Assembly: GCA_037379345.1 (NCBI GenBank)
Contig: CM074519.1
Location: 11,738,699-11,802,698 of the forward strand
Reading direction: 5' to 3'
From: Perna viridis
Lineage: Eukaryota
Length of the DNA: 64,000 nucleotides
Part shown: piece after piece, positions 11,890 through 25,183 of the stretch
Position numbering within the stretch: position 1 is the first letter of the stretch
How the letters are laid out: every line of letters begins with the position of its first letter
Position numbers and translations under genes: made by a program
Notes under the pieces: generated by a model
Told to the model about the DNA's origin: nothing
What the model saw: only the letters and a program-made list of their open reading frames with translations
Database searches by the model: none

Positions 11890-12734
11890 CTGGTTAATTC
11901 TTTCTGACCACTCGAATCAAAACTATATGTCTGGTCTCTCGGTAAACTGTGGCAATCTCGAATCGTAGACAATATTCCTTGCATAGAATTGGAATCAACT
12001 GGCCCGTCTTTTGATGTTTCTGGGGAGTTCTTACAACAGACGATCAAAGATCTGTCAAACATTGCAATACGATTTCTGTTTTCAAAAATGGAATGAACGT
12101 CAAGAGCTTGAACTGTTCCGAGAAAATTAAAACGTCTTCTTAGCTCGTTTTCTAAACCACATCCATAAAGTTCCTTGAGCTTCGAGTTTATGAAAATATC
12201 CATGGAATGTTCCAAACTATCTACAGTTTCTTTAAAGTCGTCTATAACTATCAAGGGGCTTCCATTGCAATCATGCAAAGTTTTCTGTAAATCCGACTTA
12301 ATATTGTACTCATCAATTATTTGGACCGGGGCAGAATTCTGTGTTTTGTCATTTTCCTCGCTTGATGTTTCTGTGTCATCAACGTGTCTAGTGTCTAATG
12401 CAACACAAATTTGTTTCATCTTCTGTAAAGCGCATGTTTTTCGTTCTCCCCGCCTTGCAACAAGCAAACACATGAGTGAAACAGGTTCTGTCCAATCAGC
12501 ATCGATCTTTACAGTTGCCATGGTTCCCATGAAATGAGCAGCAGAAGCCAACAGTGGGAACACAACAAGTTCTTCAGCACAAGACAACTCTTCACATTGT
12601 GACATCACAAGTTTATAAACTTCTGCATCTAAAATATATTTCCATTCAACTTTCACATCTTGCGATTCTTTAAATCTTTTTAAGTCATCCATTTCTCGAA
12701 TCTCTTGTATAGACGTGTTTTTACTGCACGACAT
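11890..12734 (-). CDS. DUF3987-like (MCM-related P-loop ATPase) gene, exon 1
   Basis: ATG at 12734, donor ccag|gtacat at 11889. Motifs in order: WTEPVSLMCLLVARRGERKT (Walker A-like), LIVIDD (Walker B-like), LKELYG, FNFLGTVQ, MFDRSLIV. Family assigned by motif recognition, not by a search. Confidence 0.78.
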
Positions 12735-13906
12735 CTTTAACGTCTTATCTCGAATAGCACATATGGTAAATGTTAATTTCTAGTCCAAAGATTTCATGGT
12801 GACAAGCATTCGCTACACAATCAAAAATGGCGTTGACGAACTGCTGTGAACTTTGTTTAAGTATATACATGTCTACTCTTATCGCATTCTAATCTCGATA
12901 AATAGCTTTATATATCAAAATAGTGTAGCTGACCCATTTACGTGAAGCAGACGATAGTTCTAAGTCCGCGCTACACAAAGTCTAATCTACGTGCTAAATT
13001 TAAACCTCCCTGTCTAGTCAACCAGCACAAATACTTGTACACCAAACCTTTTTCGGATGTTTTATGTTATGTATATATGTAAATAGCTATATAGGTAAAA
13101 CATACACTGTATTGCTATATTCATTTTAACACGCTTTGTGCTATTTCGTCTAACAGTTCATAAACCATGTACTTCAACATAAAAGACATGTTCATGTCAT
13201 AATAGGGGGTTTAAAGATGTACATTTATCGTCTGTACGATATATTTGAAATGAATATTTTTTTTATTCTGAACATGATTTATGTCATCATTATAAATACA
13301 AGTTTTTTTTTGTTTTTTTTTGTTTTTTTGTTTTTTATATATATATATAGCTATTTCTGGGTGATGATACACTCTAATGCGTTCAGCAACAGGTTAACCT
13401 GTCCAATCCACAATATCCTTATCATGGAAAGTTTATACGCATTATTTCTGTGTTGGTTTATACAGGACCTCATATACAAACAATTTCATGGACGGAAGAC
13501 TTCGGGATATTGTTTAAACATTCATTTTTCACTTTAGTCAGGTAACGCTCAAAGTATACATAGCATTATTTATAACAAGATATTTGAATCTTAATAAGCT
13601 CTGTAACAATTTATGCGTTGAACTACCCGGTCAAACAAAGTTAGTCGGCCTGTTCGAATGCCTACCTCCTCATGCAAGTATGAATGCATTAATAGATGTA
13701 TAAAGGAGGGTCCTCTAGTCTGAATTTGGAATATGGATAAATTCAACCCATCTTAGTAACATGCACCTATTGCGTGTATATTGAGTAATCAAGATTCTAG
13801 CGGAAATCAAAAGAATGTAATCCAGGGACAAAGACCAGACATGAAAAACTGACGAGTTCTATGTTGTGTTTGTTGGTAGTTTCTGTTCCATTTTGATCTT
13901 ATATTT

Positions 13907-14085
13907 ACTGTAAACGTACTAATTTTTGCTATTTTCGTGGTGGACAGAAACCACAAAAAAAAATTGTTCACGCGAAATTGATTTTCAATACTGTATAACG
14001 CTATTTATTTTTATGAAACCGTGAAAATTGCTAACCGCCAATATGTCCACTTGAGAGAATCCGCGAAAATTAATACGTTTACAGT
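13907..14085. mobile_element. MITE with ACTGTAAACGTA terminal inverted repeats
   Basis: actgtaaacgta at 13907 and tacgtttacagt at 14074-14085; internal cgcgaaa(a)tt subrepeats. Confidence 0.7.
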
Positions 14086-15246
14086 TACTGGGGATGGTTA
14101 TGGCCTTATAAAACTAGTTCAACCCCACCGTAGTCATGCGATTTTGTCCACAGCCAAGGGATGTTGGCCATTTATGCATTTTCGTGTTGTTGTTTACTTT
14201 TTTGTTTATTTTGAAGAAGTGTCATTGTACTGTTACCATGGGCCTTTCAGAGCTTACTTGAAGATGTGCTTACACTTACTGAAGACCTGTTGGTTAATTC
14301 TTTAAGTTTTTTACTATCTTTTATAAACGTTTAAGGTATACGATGTAGTATTTGTGGAGTTACACCATTATATCTATATGCTCCTTTTTCTATTCAATTG
14401 TAAACAAAAAAAACATCAATCCTCTTTGTAACTTTCAGAAAAATAAAACTTTTGGTCATGTTATAAAGTTTAAACATATTTTATTTGTTATAAACAAAAT
14501 GGATCAGACACAAGTAAAATAACATACTTATGAAGTCTTCTCCTGAAAATAATAATAATTGCAAGAAAGTATAGGCATACAAATTCACTAGTGTTGTTTA
14601 TGTTTTACAAAGTCATGTGAGTGAGATACATGTACATAAATTCTAAAGGAATGATTTTTTTTCTCTAACTATAATTTCAGTAAAAGAGACGGTTAAACAA
14701 AATGAAATGATTGGAAAACCAATGTATCACCAGCATTTTATTCATTATTATATCCGCCTAGGGAGGATTTCAGTGTGTCACATTCAAGGAACAGCCACAC
14801 TAGATCACACACTATATCACACACATTATGGTTTTAGAACACAGCAAAAATGACTTAATTTATTTCGTTGGTTTTTTTGTTTTGTTTTATTTTATCTTAT
14901 GTTCTGTGTTTTTGTTTCCGTATATTTTTGTTTGATGGTAATCTCCTTTTACAGTTCGATACAAGTTCTTGTCGTATTTTTATCAAATGTTTCGTTCTTT
15001 AGTTCCGATCTTTTTTAACTGGAAACTGGAAACGTGTTGTATGTTTTAATTGGAATTGTACTGTTTTCGTCCTTTTCGCAAACTGTTATCATTTTCAGTT
15101 TACTGATAAAGGTGCCGATTTGTTGACATCAGGTTAACTAAGTGTTTCAGTTTTCGGTATATTGGGCTTATAGTTCAGAGGATAGGGAAATCGTTAAAGT
15201 CATGGACCAATTTCGCCAGGGCAATAACAATATACTTAATAGTTAA

Positions 15247-16040
15247 ATCGCCGACCACGAAGTGGAGGTGACGTATTGTTTCTAATGTGTTTCTTCTTCT
15301 TCTTCTTCTTATTATTATTATTATTATTATTATTATTCTGCTGTCATAAAAAGTGTTGACAGTGTTCGCCCTTTTTCACTAAAGTGGCCAGTCCGACTGA
15401 GATGAGTTAGAACTACTCTTCGAAGGATGGAGAACTTCAAAAACAATTGTTGAAAATTGGAGATATGAGATATCTGATGCTCCAATTTTCAAATTGCCGA
15501 TCAGAATTTGACCAAAGTTGATATATATATTCAGCTCAATGGACCAAACAAAATTCTGAAAAAAAAATCGCGTGCGTCTCGGCCTTTTTTCAAAATGGCC
15601 GCCAACGCGATCGAAAATTCAAATTTGTCCGATTTTGATGAAAATTATTATCTAGTTTCTTTGAGTCGTCCCGATAAACAAACTGTGGCTCAATCGGCAA
15701 TTTAAACTACGTATCGGCCGCCAGTTTGAAAGTGGCCGCCACTGCGATCGAAAATTTTAATTTGTCCGATTTTGATGAAAATTAATATCTAGGTTTTTGA
15801 AGTCATCCCGATCAAGAATCTACAGCTCAATCGATAATTTGAACTGTGTATCCACCGCCATTTTAAAAAATGGCCGCCACCGCGATGAAAAATTCAAAGT
15901 TGTTCGCTTTCGACGAAATTGGGTATCCAGGTTCTTTGCGCTGCCTCGATTAATAATAAAAAGTTCATCTGGCGATATGTTTCTCAAAAGACCGATGAGG
16001 AAATGGGAGGCGACTTCGACATGTTTTTATGGAAACGTAA
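15247..16040 (+). mobile_element. Non-autonomous Helentron-like (HINE/DINE-1-type) element with internal tandem repeats
   Basis: 5' tcgcc, a ccac-gaa-gtgg hairpin, a (TTC)n(TTA)n microsatellite at ~15290-15338, three ~137-138 bp repeats marked by tggccgcc (near 15595, 15732, 15870), and 3' ggcga at ~16009; more CpG-rich than the flanks. Confidence 0.7.
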
Positions 16041-16204
16041 ATTTTAATTTTTCTTACATTAATTCGCGTATTTTATATTTTTACGAATGAATGAAATCAT
16101 GGAAAATTGCCAAATTTTCTTTAAGTAACAGCGTTGAATAACATTGATAGAAATATAACATGTTTTTGTTAAAATGTTTGACAGCTTGATAGACAAAAGC
16201 AACT

Positions 16205-16330
16205 TGTGGGGCATGGCATTAATACCCTTCCGGAGCACATGATGTCACCCTCGTTTTTTTTTCATTTGAGTTTTTGTATTATTTTATGTGCTGTCGTGTC
16301 TTTTCTTCCTTATTTAAAAAAAGTGACTGT
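16205..16330 (+). mobile_element. Degenerate SINE/LINE-tail fragment
   Basis: tacccttccggagcacatgatgtcaccctcg followed by a T-rich tail resembles a very common bivalve retroposon segment (recognised from memory). Confidence 0.4.
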
Positions 16331-18279
16331 CTTATCGTTGTACCGGGCATGAATGAAAAAGAAGGGTAATCCATACTTCTTCAGTTTTTATACGTAATAT
16401 CTGAGTTAAAGAAATCACCGACATCCGATGCATTCATAGTATTAAAGCGGAAGCGCTATGCGATTAGCAACATATTTTTAAGCAGGTTATGAACTATATA
16501 AAATTATATTAAAAAAAATGGAAAAGACACCAATTGAAATCAAGCGCAATCTTGAATTTGCGTTAATTTGTATAATCTGTATGTCGACGATTTGTTAACA
16601 CCCCAAGATATGAAAGCACAAAGTAATTATCAGTGTCATTTTCCCAGGATTCCGATCACAATAGCACCAGAGCTGTTAGCATGTCCGATTTTTTTTCATT
16701 GAAATCTGTAATAAACGAATGTTAAAAAATTCCAAACATGCAAATTTTCAAAGGATCGGAATGTGAAACCGTACAAAAATAGATGAAATACCTTTGCGAT
16801 ATTTTTTTATTTACTTGAAATCTTTCAGACGGTAATTTCCAAAGAAGAGCTTTTTCAAGCATTACAAGAAATGATTCACAACAAATTCTAGATGGTGAAA
16901 AAGGTGCTTGATGCGTGTTGGTTTGTTTGTGTGTTTATTTATTTAATTATTTATTTATTGCTTTAAAATAAATAACCACATGAATAGCGAACAATGATGT
17001 TTCGTCCCTGACTTTGGTATTTTTTTCTTATGTTATTCCGTAATTGACATATTTTTTCGAAGTACCAGTTGCATTTTTATAATTCCTTATATTCCTAGAT
17101 CAACACATCCCTTACCAAACTTATAACCGATTTGCGACCTATTCATGAGAATAAATGCGCTTTTCTATTACGCAGCAGACACGCATCCTTCCCCAGTCAG
17201 GAGATGTTAGTCATGAATGTGTCTTTGTGTCGTTATTTTACATTTTAGTTCGAGTTTGAAGAAGTATAATCGTTCTGGTACCGTGGATTAATTTTGTTGT
17301 CGTGGCTTTTCAGAGCTTACTGAGATCTCTGAAAGTATTTACTATGTTGCGTTTCATCATATGAGTTTTGTTAATATTGTCTATGGGGAAAATGACGGAG
17401 ATTTGCCCAAGTCCTCTAATTTTTGTATACCTTTACTTTTGAATGCTTTAGTACAAGGACAGCATTGTTTCGATCCTAAATTGTTAGTTTATTGTTCCTC
17501 TGGAATATATTTATGCATAGAGTCAACATAGTAAGTTACTTAGCTTTTATTGACGCCATCAGAGTGTGTATAAGCTTCTTGATGATTGTTCCATATTCAT
17601 ATTTTTGGGTGTATCTTTAGCCCAAGGGTGTGTTATGAAGACTTCTTATAATAATTAGAATGAACTGATTAGTCCATAGTTAAAAGTCTTGGGAAGTTAC
17701 TAATCATTTGGAAGGATATCAGGTTATAGTCTGTTTGTGACACACTGCCCTACTGAATAAACTTCACATTCAAGAAGGCCTGCTAGTTGTTATGATTTTT
17801 TTTCAGAGAAAGTTGTTTGCTTTTCGCATTCTGTTACAGAACTTAGGCTATCTTCTGGTCTTCAGCCATTGAAACTTCCACAAATCTTAAATTTGCAGAA
17901 ACAAAGAATGTGAAAAGCCTATTGACAGTAACTCATCTACCTTGTTTTTCAAGACATTGCATCAAAATATAATTAAGGTAACTCTTATAAATCATTGGAA
18001 CGTTTGTATTCAGGCTCTTTATATCAATCTCGTATAAGCATCAAAGTAACTTGGATTGATTTCATTCTGTTTCAAATGAAAGCTTGAAAGGCTCTGGTGA
18101 AATTGAATATAATAAGAACAAATTACTGAGTTATGTCACGCACCTTAATTATATTAATATCCTTAAAATCTGTTAAAAATTTTGGACTTATCATACAAAT
18201 AAGTGTGAATAGATGGTTGAACAAACTGTGGCATACCATAGTATGGCAGGCAAAAGTTAGGCACATAAAATAAACAATG

Positions 18280-21200
18280 TTAATTTGAATATACTTTTTT
18301 TTAATTTTGAATGAAACTGTTTTCACAAATACACTTTACAGAAAAGATATGAAAATCATTATGAGGAGAACATTTTCCATAAGAATTATATTAAAAATCA
18401 TGTTATGCATTGGTTTATAAAGGTTAAAGTTCACAGTTATTTTTGGTATTGTCAAAAAAACATGGCACAAATACAATTATTGCCAACAGAACTGGTCACT
18501 ACAGATATGTAACATTACACACAGGGATACAGTCAAATCTTTGGCACAAGTTTTAAGTTGCCATGGTATTATATAAATAAATACCCTTTAATAATAAACG
18601 CTGCATCTTTTAAATAAATAGCTACTCTAAACAAATGGCTAAATTTTCTGGAAAATCCACAAAACGAAAACAAGGATACTGCTATAGTCTATATACCCAC
18701 CATAAATTAATCAAATACAAATCTGTAGCTCTTGGTTTTGAAAATATGGAAAAGTCTTCAGTTCATTTACTTAAATAATAGTTTTTAGATGTAACCTTTT
18801 CATTGATGAAAATTTTCAAATTCAATGAAAAAAAACATGACAAAGGAAAAGGTAATCGTCAAGTTTGATGAATGTGGAAATTGCATAAATTATTTTTTGC
18901 AGAATGCATATGAGACAAGCATAGTCAATAAATACAAAAAATAAACAAATATTATATGATACTTGTATAAAATTTCATCATTAACTAGCCAAAAATGACC
19001 AGCAACAATATCTTTACAATTAACAAGGTTAGGGGTCAAAGTTGAAAGGTTATATGGTTTCTACAGGTAATTAAGCTTTCAATCTGATACATGGGATTAA
19101 CATTTTGACATTTTTTTTTCATTTTTCTTCACTTTAATGGCTCTTATCTTAATAAAATAAAACAATTGTTCATTCTGGAAATGTTTTCACTTTATCCGTC
19201 TTAAAACCTTGTAGAAAATCTTGGTATTACTTCCAGTAATGCAACATTTTTTAGAATGTTTTGTTTAAAAATCAAGAGAACAATACATTTATTTAAGTAA
19301 ACCCAAAGAAACAATTGTCTAAGATGAAATCCCATATAACGAATTGCTCTAGAGAGTCGCTACAGGACACACAAATAGAGATTCATTAATTAAAGGATAT
19401 AGATGTCTCTTTATGCGAACATTTAATTAATTAATGAAAATACCATATCATGAAGAGGTCTACGATAACAAATGATTTCTATCTGAGGGGTTTTGTTGTC
19501 TGTGACTACCTTTTCGGGGGTGGTGCTATTTCTTTAGTTATCTCTCCTTTGTATTAAGTTCTTTACATTCAAAGTCAAGGCCTACCCATAATACTACAGT
19601 CAGTTAATATGAGTTTTCAAATCCTTGAGGTGTTCATCACTAGTACCTTTCTGAAATTGTTTGCATGAGAGGGAGTTGAATTTAATTTAGAAGAAAATAT
19701 GAAGTGGCAAGTCAGGGTATACAAAATTTTTAAACTGAGTCAATTGACAACCATAATTTAACAAGATTTGGTATTTTCATTAACAGTCCTACTCTATTCC
19801 TACTCTAGTCAATGGATATAACAAACTCAATCTAAAAATAGATTGAGGTGTATCCATACAAATGTGTATTCCCTGAGTTTATCATTTAATGCATCTGCAA
19901 AAATTGATCTTTAAAACTGTTTGTCAGTACATAACAATTTCCACACTCTACACAAAATAGCAGTGTCCTTGTTTTTATTCTCTTTGTTCCCAGAAGAAGG
20001 AATGTCCCTTTAGTATTTTTATCTCAATCACACTTTCCTATAAAAGAAAATAGTTCAAAACATCTCAAAAACTGTTGTGTTAAAAATGCTCTTTGAAATT
20101 ATCACAATATTATTATATGAGAATCTATTTGGTACCTAACAAGCCTATACATAAGATTTATAATTTTTTTGACTAGTTTAAAAAAATCATTTCATGCAAA
20201 TTTTGGCATGCAATCTAACCTAAAATTGACCACCAGTTCCAAGTTACCATGCAGAGATACTCCTAATCCTCATCTCCAATGTTTTGTCATAGCCTACTTC
20301 AAAGACTTTATTTCCTGTTATTAATATGGCCATTATGATAAAAATCTGCTTACAACACACAAAGGATGTTTGTTGATTGAGAAGTATCCATTAATCTTTA
20401 GCATGGTAACTTTTAACTGGAAAAACAGCTAACAGTAAAAAGACTGGCTTTTAGTATAAAACTAATATATTATAAGTAACTCTATTTTAAACCTATGGTG
20501 TATAAATTAAAGACATTTGATGTACATGAGAAAATACAAGCACCAATTTCTGTTTTTGAGATGTTCTGAACCCAATTCTTTTAAATAATTTAGCGTTGAT
20601 ACCACCTGCCAGAAAGTATGAATGAATTATCAAAATCTACATCGATCAAAAACCATATTTACAAAGACAAATACACAGAAATATAAATATTAACGAAAAA
20701 ATTTTGTGTGAAATAATTTTTAACTTAACGAAGGTCATTTACATAATGTAACGATACACACCCTACTACTGTTAACTACTATTACTAACTAAACTAGGTC
20801 ACTGACCTAGTTATCACAGATAGTTAAGTAAGGGGAGATCTCAAAACAACTTTATGTCTGTAAAACTAACTACTGAGAAAGCCCAAAAGATTACTCCACA
20901 TTATGGAGCTTCAGATCTTAAAATATATATTTGAAACTAAATAAAAATCTGACTAATATGCAGACAAAAATCATTGAGATGCCCCCCTATCTTCTGTGAT
21001 TGAGACATATTCTTTGTACTTTGGACCCTGACGAATAATCATAATTGTACATTTAACTTATTCAGTATACACATAGCACTAAGGGCAGTTCCTCTGAATA
21101 TTTATGTGCCTTTCCATGCAAACACAGACACAGAAGTTTTACAATTAAAGCCAGTATGTACAAACATAGACATGAAAACAAAAACGTCACATTCATGACC

Positions 21201-24200
21201 TAAAAACGTATTTGGCAGGTGCGTAATTAAAATAAAAAAAGGAAACCAAAAATAACAGATAATGCCTTCAATCACTTAAGAAAAGCCAGAAAGACAAAAT
21301 ATTTAAGCAGAATTTTTTTTTCAAATTATGAAATAATACATGTAAATTTCATCTAAGTACAACATAGCCAAATATTGCAGTTTGGCTTAGTGTTATGTGA
21401 TACAAACTGTAGATGTTATCACTTTTAGAATATTTTAATATTTTGAGACGAGAAAAAAAATATGCATATTTGCCAAATAATATGAATTACAAATCATAAT
21501 ATACTACTCTGCTATAAAAGCATAAGCTTTTGATATGCGTAAATTGTGTGCACATAAATGCATATTCTTCCAACATGTTTAATAATGAAACAATCTAACA
21601 TGGATGATAAAATTTGCAGTTATAATAAGAGAACAACTAACATTTTAATGAGATGAAAATACAACCACTAACTTTACAATTATTTACAAGATATATATTT
21701 CATAAACTTCAATCATGACCTGATTTTGTACTGAAAATTTGTAAAGAAAAAAAAGCTCATGTGGTTATCTCCCTTTATAGAATTACCTCCCCTGAGGGAA
21801 AACCAGAATAGGTAGTTCTTGCATGGATCATTCTTACCCATCAAATCCCGTTTCATTTAATTTTTAAGGATACACTGTAAAGGAATACATTGCTACTTTA
21901 AAATAAGGAAAATGGTAACAATTTTAAAGAATGTTCTACTGTAGTGTAAACTATAGAAGATAATCTTTATCTAACTCTATCTCAGCACTTTTAAACTTTA
22001 GTGCGTAAAACAATTGTGTAGACCAGCACTATATATGAAAATTTGAAAAACATATAAACATGCATCAAGCATAGAATAGATTTTTGATGTATAACAGCAA
22101 AAGTAAAAAAAAATAATAATAAGTACAAAAAATTAAATTTTCCAAATGTAACCAATTTGTGAGGATTTAAAAAAAAACTTTCAAAATTTCATTAGACTTA
22201 CTAAATTGTTTGTAACATGCAAGAATTTTTCTCTTCATTTTTCCCCGATTTGTTTTTTACTGATAAATGATAGATGCCTTATGAACACAGAGTTGAACAA
22301 CAAAGCAAAGTACTGAACGACACAACAAAGTTATTGCCATTATATAATGTCCCTCGACATAAAAAAATCCACATTAATAACAAATAGTTTATATAAAAAC
22401 GTTTAAAAGAAAAGGTTAAGTAGTCAGAGGTTTTGATTAAAAAAAAGACGGGGAAAATAACCAACTCGAAAAAACATTGAAAAGAAAATGTAGAAGTATA
22501 AAAAAGAGACACAAGGAAACCTAAATCTAAGTCATGCATTTTATCAGCCATTCATACATCTCATTTAACTTCCATCCAGGAAAAACTGTTCACATGAATT
22601 TAATGTGAATTTTAGAAAAGACTGGCATATTCACATAACACAAACTTCACATGAATCCTCCATTAAAAAACTTGTTGCACATGGGTTAATTTTCTCACCT
22701 GATGTGAAATTCATGTGAACATATTTTCCTGTGTAGAGAAATATAATGTCATCTTTTACACCCATGAAAAAAGTACTTTACTTAGTATCACATTATCCCA
22801 AAAATTATTTATAAAAATGACTTAATGAGAAATTAATCTAAGAATAAATACTATCAATAATAATAATATTAATAAAAATAATAATTATACTGAACTTTTG
22901 AAATGAATGAAAACTATGTGAAAATAGGTTAGATATGGCATTAAAAATTAAAGCAAGGCATTTCTTCCAGTTTATGAAATAAATTTATGTTTAAAGCAAT
23001 AAAAAGAATTTCTTAAAAAGTAAATAACCAAAACAAGCAACAAATCCTTAAAAAAACCCCAACATTTTAAAATAAAGATAATAAAACTAAACTTTAACAA
23101 ATTTAAAGCCAGAAAAAATATATTTCAAATCAGAAATCTGTGATGTGAATGCAAATAAAAATGATCAAAATAAAAATGTCATTAATTAAAATTAAAAAGT
23201 AAATATTCAATAAAAAGGGAAAATACTAACATGGAAATATAATACAACCTTTTTTATATACAGTTATCAACCTATTCACCAAAGCTACCTGAACATACAT
23301 GTAAAACACTAAGAAAGATAAAGACTATACAACTTCAATTTTTTGTTCTCCATTTCCCATTTTTTTCTGACCTATATCAATATATCAATTCACTTCAATG
23401 TAACATTTTTTTTATTTCACAGCAATATTTTTGTGGACATTATATGGGATCAAATTACCAAATTTTCAAGTACCTGGTAACTTTTGTTCATGATTAAAAA
23501 AACGGACATAATATTTCACAAATACATTCAGGTAACTTTTAAAATGTCAACAATGGAAAATACACCTGGTACTCCACATCATCTTCAACATTGTTTAATC
23601 AAAATAAGTACAATCCAAAGTAATCACTAACCCAACCATCCCAAGATTTGTCTGTATTCATCTTCCTATGCATTCAGAATTTATTTATTCAGAAAAATCT
23701 GTCTTCACTAGTTTATTTACTGGTAAACTAATTTCCTTCCACTGATGTAACAAGGGAGGTAACTCTAAAATTTCATATAAACAACCTTTTTTAAGGAGCA
23801 CAATGCAAAATGCATGCAATCTAATTTCTCCATATCACTAGACTCAGTTAAGACAGATCTCTCTTAATTATGTATTACACAATAAATGCAATACACATAA
23901 ACAGTTCATAATATTACCACAGTTTAAAACAAAACATCATATATTCATATAACGAGTGTTTTTTATGCTACCTATAACATTTCATGTTTTAAGCAATTAT
24001 GAAACAACAGCTAAAATAAATACAATGAGCTAAATAATTTGTTCTGATTATTGCTGACAGAAATTCAAGTTTTGTGGATAATTTAAAAATGTAAATATTG
24101 ATGCTAACTACCAATATTTTTAACTGTTCAAAAAACGTACCTGGTATGTGCAATGAAGACATAATAAATATCTTTAATTATTTAGGAATTAAATCATATA

Positions 24201-24564
24201 CCTGCATAAATTATCAACAAAACTTGAAGATACTGACAGCTTCTACCTCTGAGGAATTATTTTTTGGGTAGGAGTTCTGGTTCTTGGTTTTTCTTTTTCT
24301 ACATTCAAATTTTGACTGCATAGAATAATTATGAATATACAACATTTTTGGTAAATTGCGTTATTTCAACAAACATTAAAAATACATCGCAACAATAAAC
24401 CCAGTAAGAATTGATATATAAATATCCATGATAATAATTAATAAGCCATAAAAATTGTTAAACAATCAAGGTCTGAAGAAGGATTGATAAATGCACGTAG
24501 AGGGGCAATCCTTTGCTTCGAGACATTTCATTCCTTCAGCCAATGATCTTCATGTAAATAAGAT
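18280..24564 (-). other. msi: Musashi terminal non-coding exon (long 3' UTR; 3' end uncertain)
   Basis: Strong acceptor ttttgtctcctttcag| at 24565 downstream of the donor at 25125; sense strand U-rich for ~6 kb; candidate ATTAAA at ~18300 (minus). The lower boundary is a guess. Confidence 0.5.
22575..22735. mobile_element. MITE, CACAGGAAAAA-TIR family, copy 2 (putative Musashi 3' UTR)
   Basis: caggaaaaactgttcacatgaa at the left end, ttcatgtgaacatattttcctgtgta at the right end; ttcacatgaa subrepeats shared with copy 3. Confidence 0.6.
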
Positions 24565-25144
24565 CTGAAAGGAGACAAAACAAAACTCATCTCTTACCCA
24601 AATAATTGTAACAAACATAAAATACTTCTACTATAAAAAAAAAATTGATAGCCTATTTCCAGAACAATTTGGAAAGATGGGAAGTGTGTTTAAACATCAC
24701 TTGGACTGTCTAGTTGTATTTGTACAATATTAAATTTAAAAACAGCTTGCATTACTTCGGCAAAATGAATTGCATTTAAGATCTAATTTGTTTGAAAATT
24801 TCAGTGCATACAACTATAAGATAGTGCATCATTGCAACTTCATAGGGACATGGCACCTGGTACAGCTAGTATGGCATTGCAGTACAAATAATTTTCATTG
24901 GCACGGTATGCCATACCTAAAATTTTGTGGAAAAAAAAACCAGTATTTTATGGCTGTCCCAAGAACCCCCAACAATGTCATTCTCACTGTACCAATCCAG
25001 AGTTGGACGCTACTCCTACCTTCTGTGTTCCTAGTTTCTAAAAGAAAATGTGGAAATACTTCAAACCTTTAAGTGGTTTCTATATATAAGCAGTCAACCA
25101 GTTGAAACTTGAATTTTCTACTCACCATATTTCCACCTTTGTCA

Positions 25145-25183
25145 CTAATATCCATTCTGGAAACTTGTAGCTATAAGTTGGCC
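25145..25183 (-). CDS. msi: Musashi/Rbp6, last coding exon (GQLIATSFQNGY*); exon continues to 25126
   Basis: Acceptor ttatctttcag|, phase 0; matches the conserved Musashi C-terminus (vertebrate PLIATAFTNGYH); TAG at 25147-25145; donor |gtgagt at 25125. Confidence 0.9.
   Translation of the reverse strand, partial: GQLIATSFQNGY

Noticed and set aside
12175-12537. Antisense ORFs overlapping the DUF3987-like exons (also 8361-8714)
   Set aside because: Shadow ORFs of the real coding strand with no independent support.
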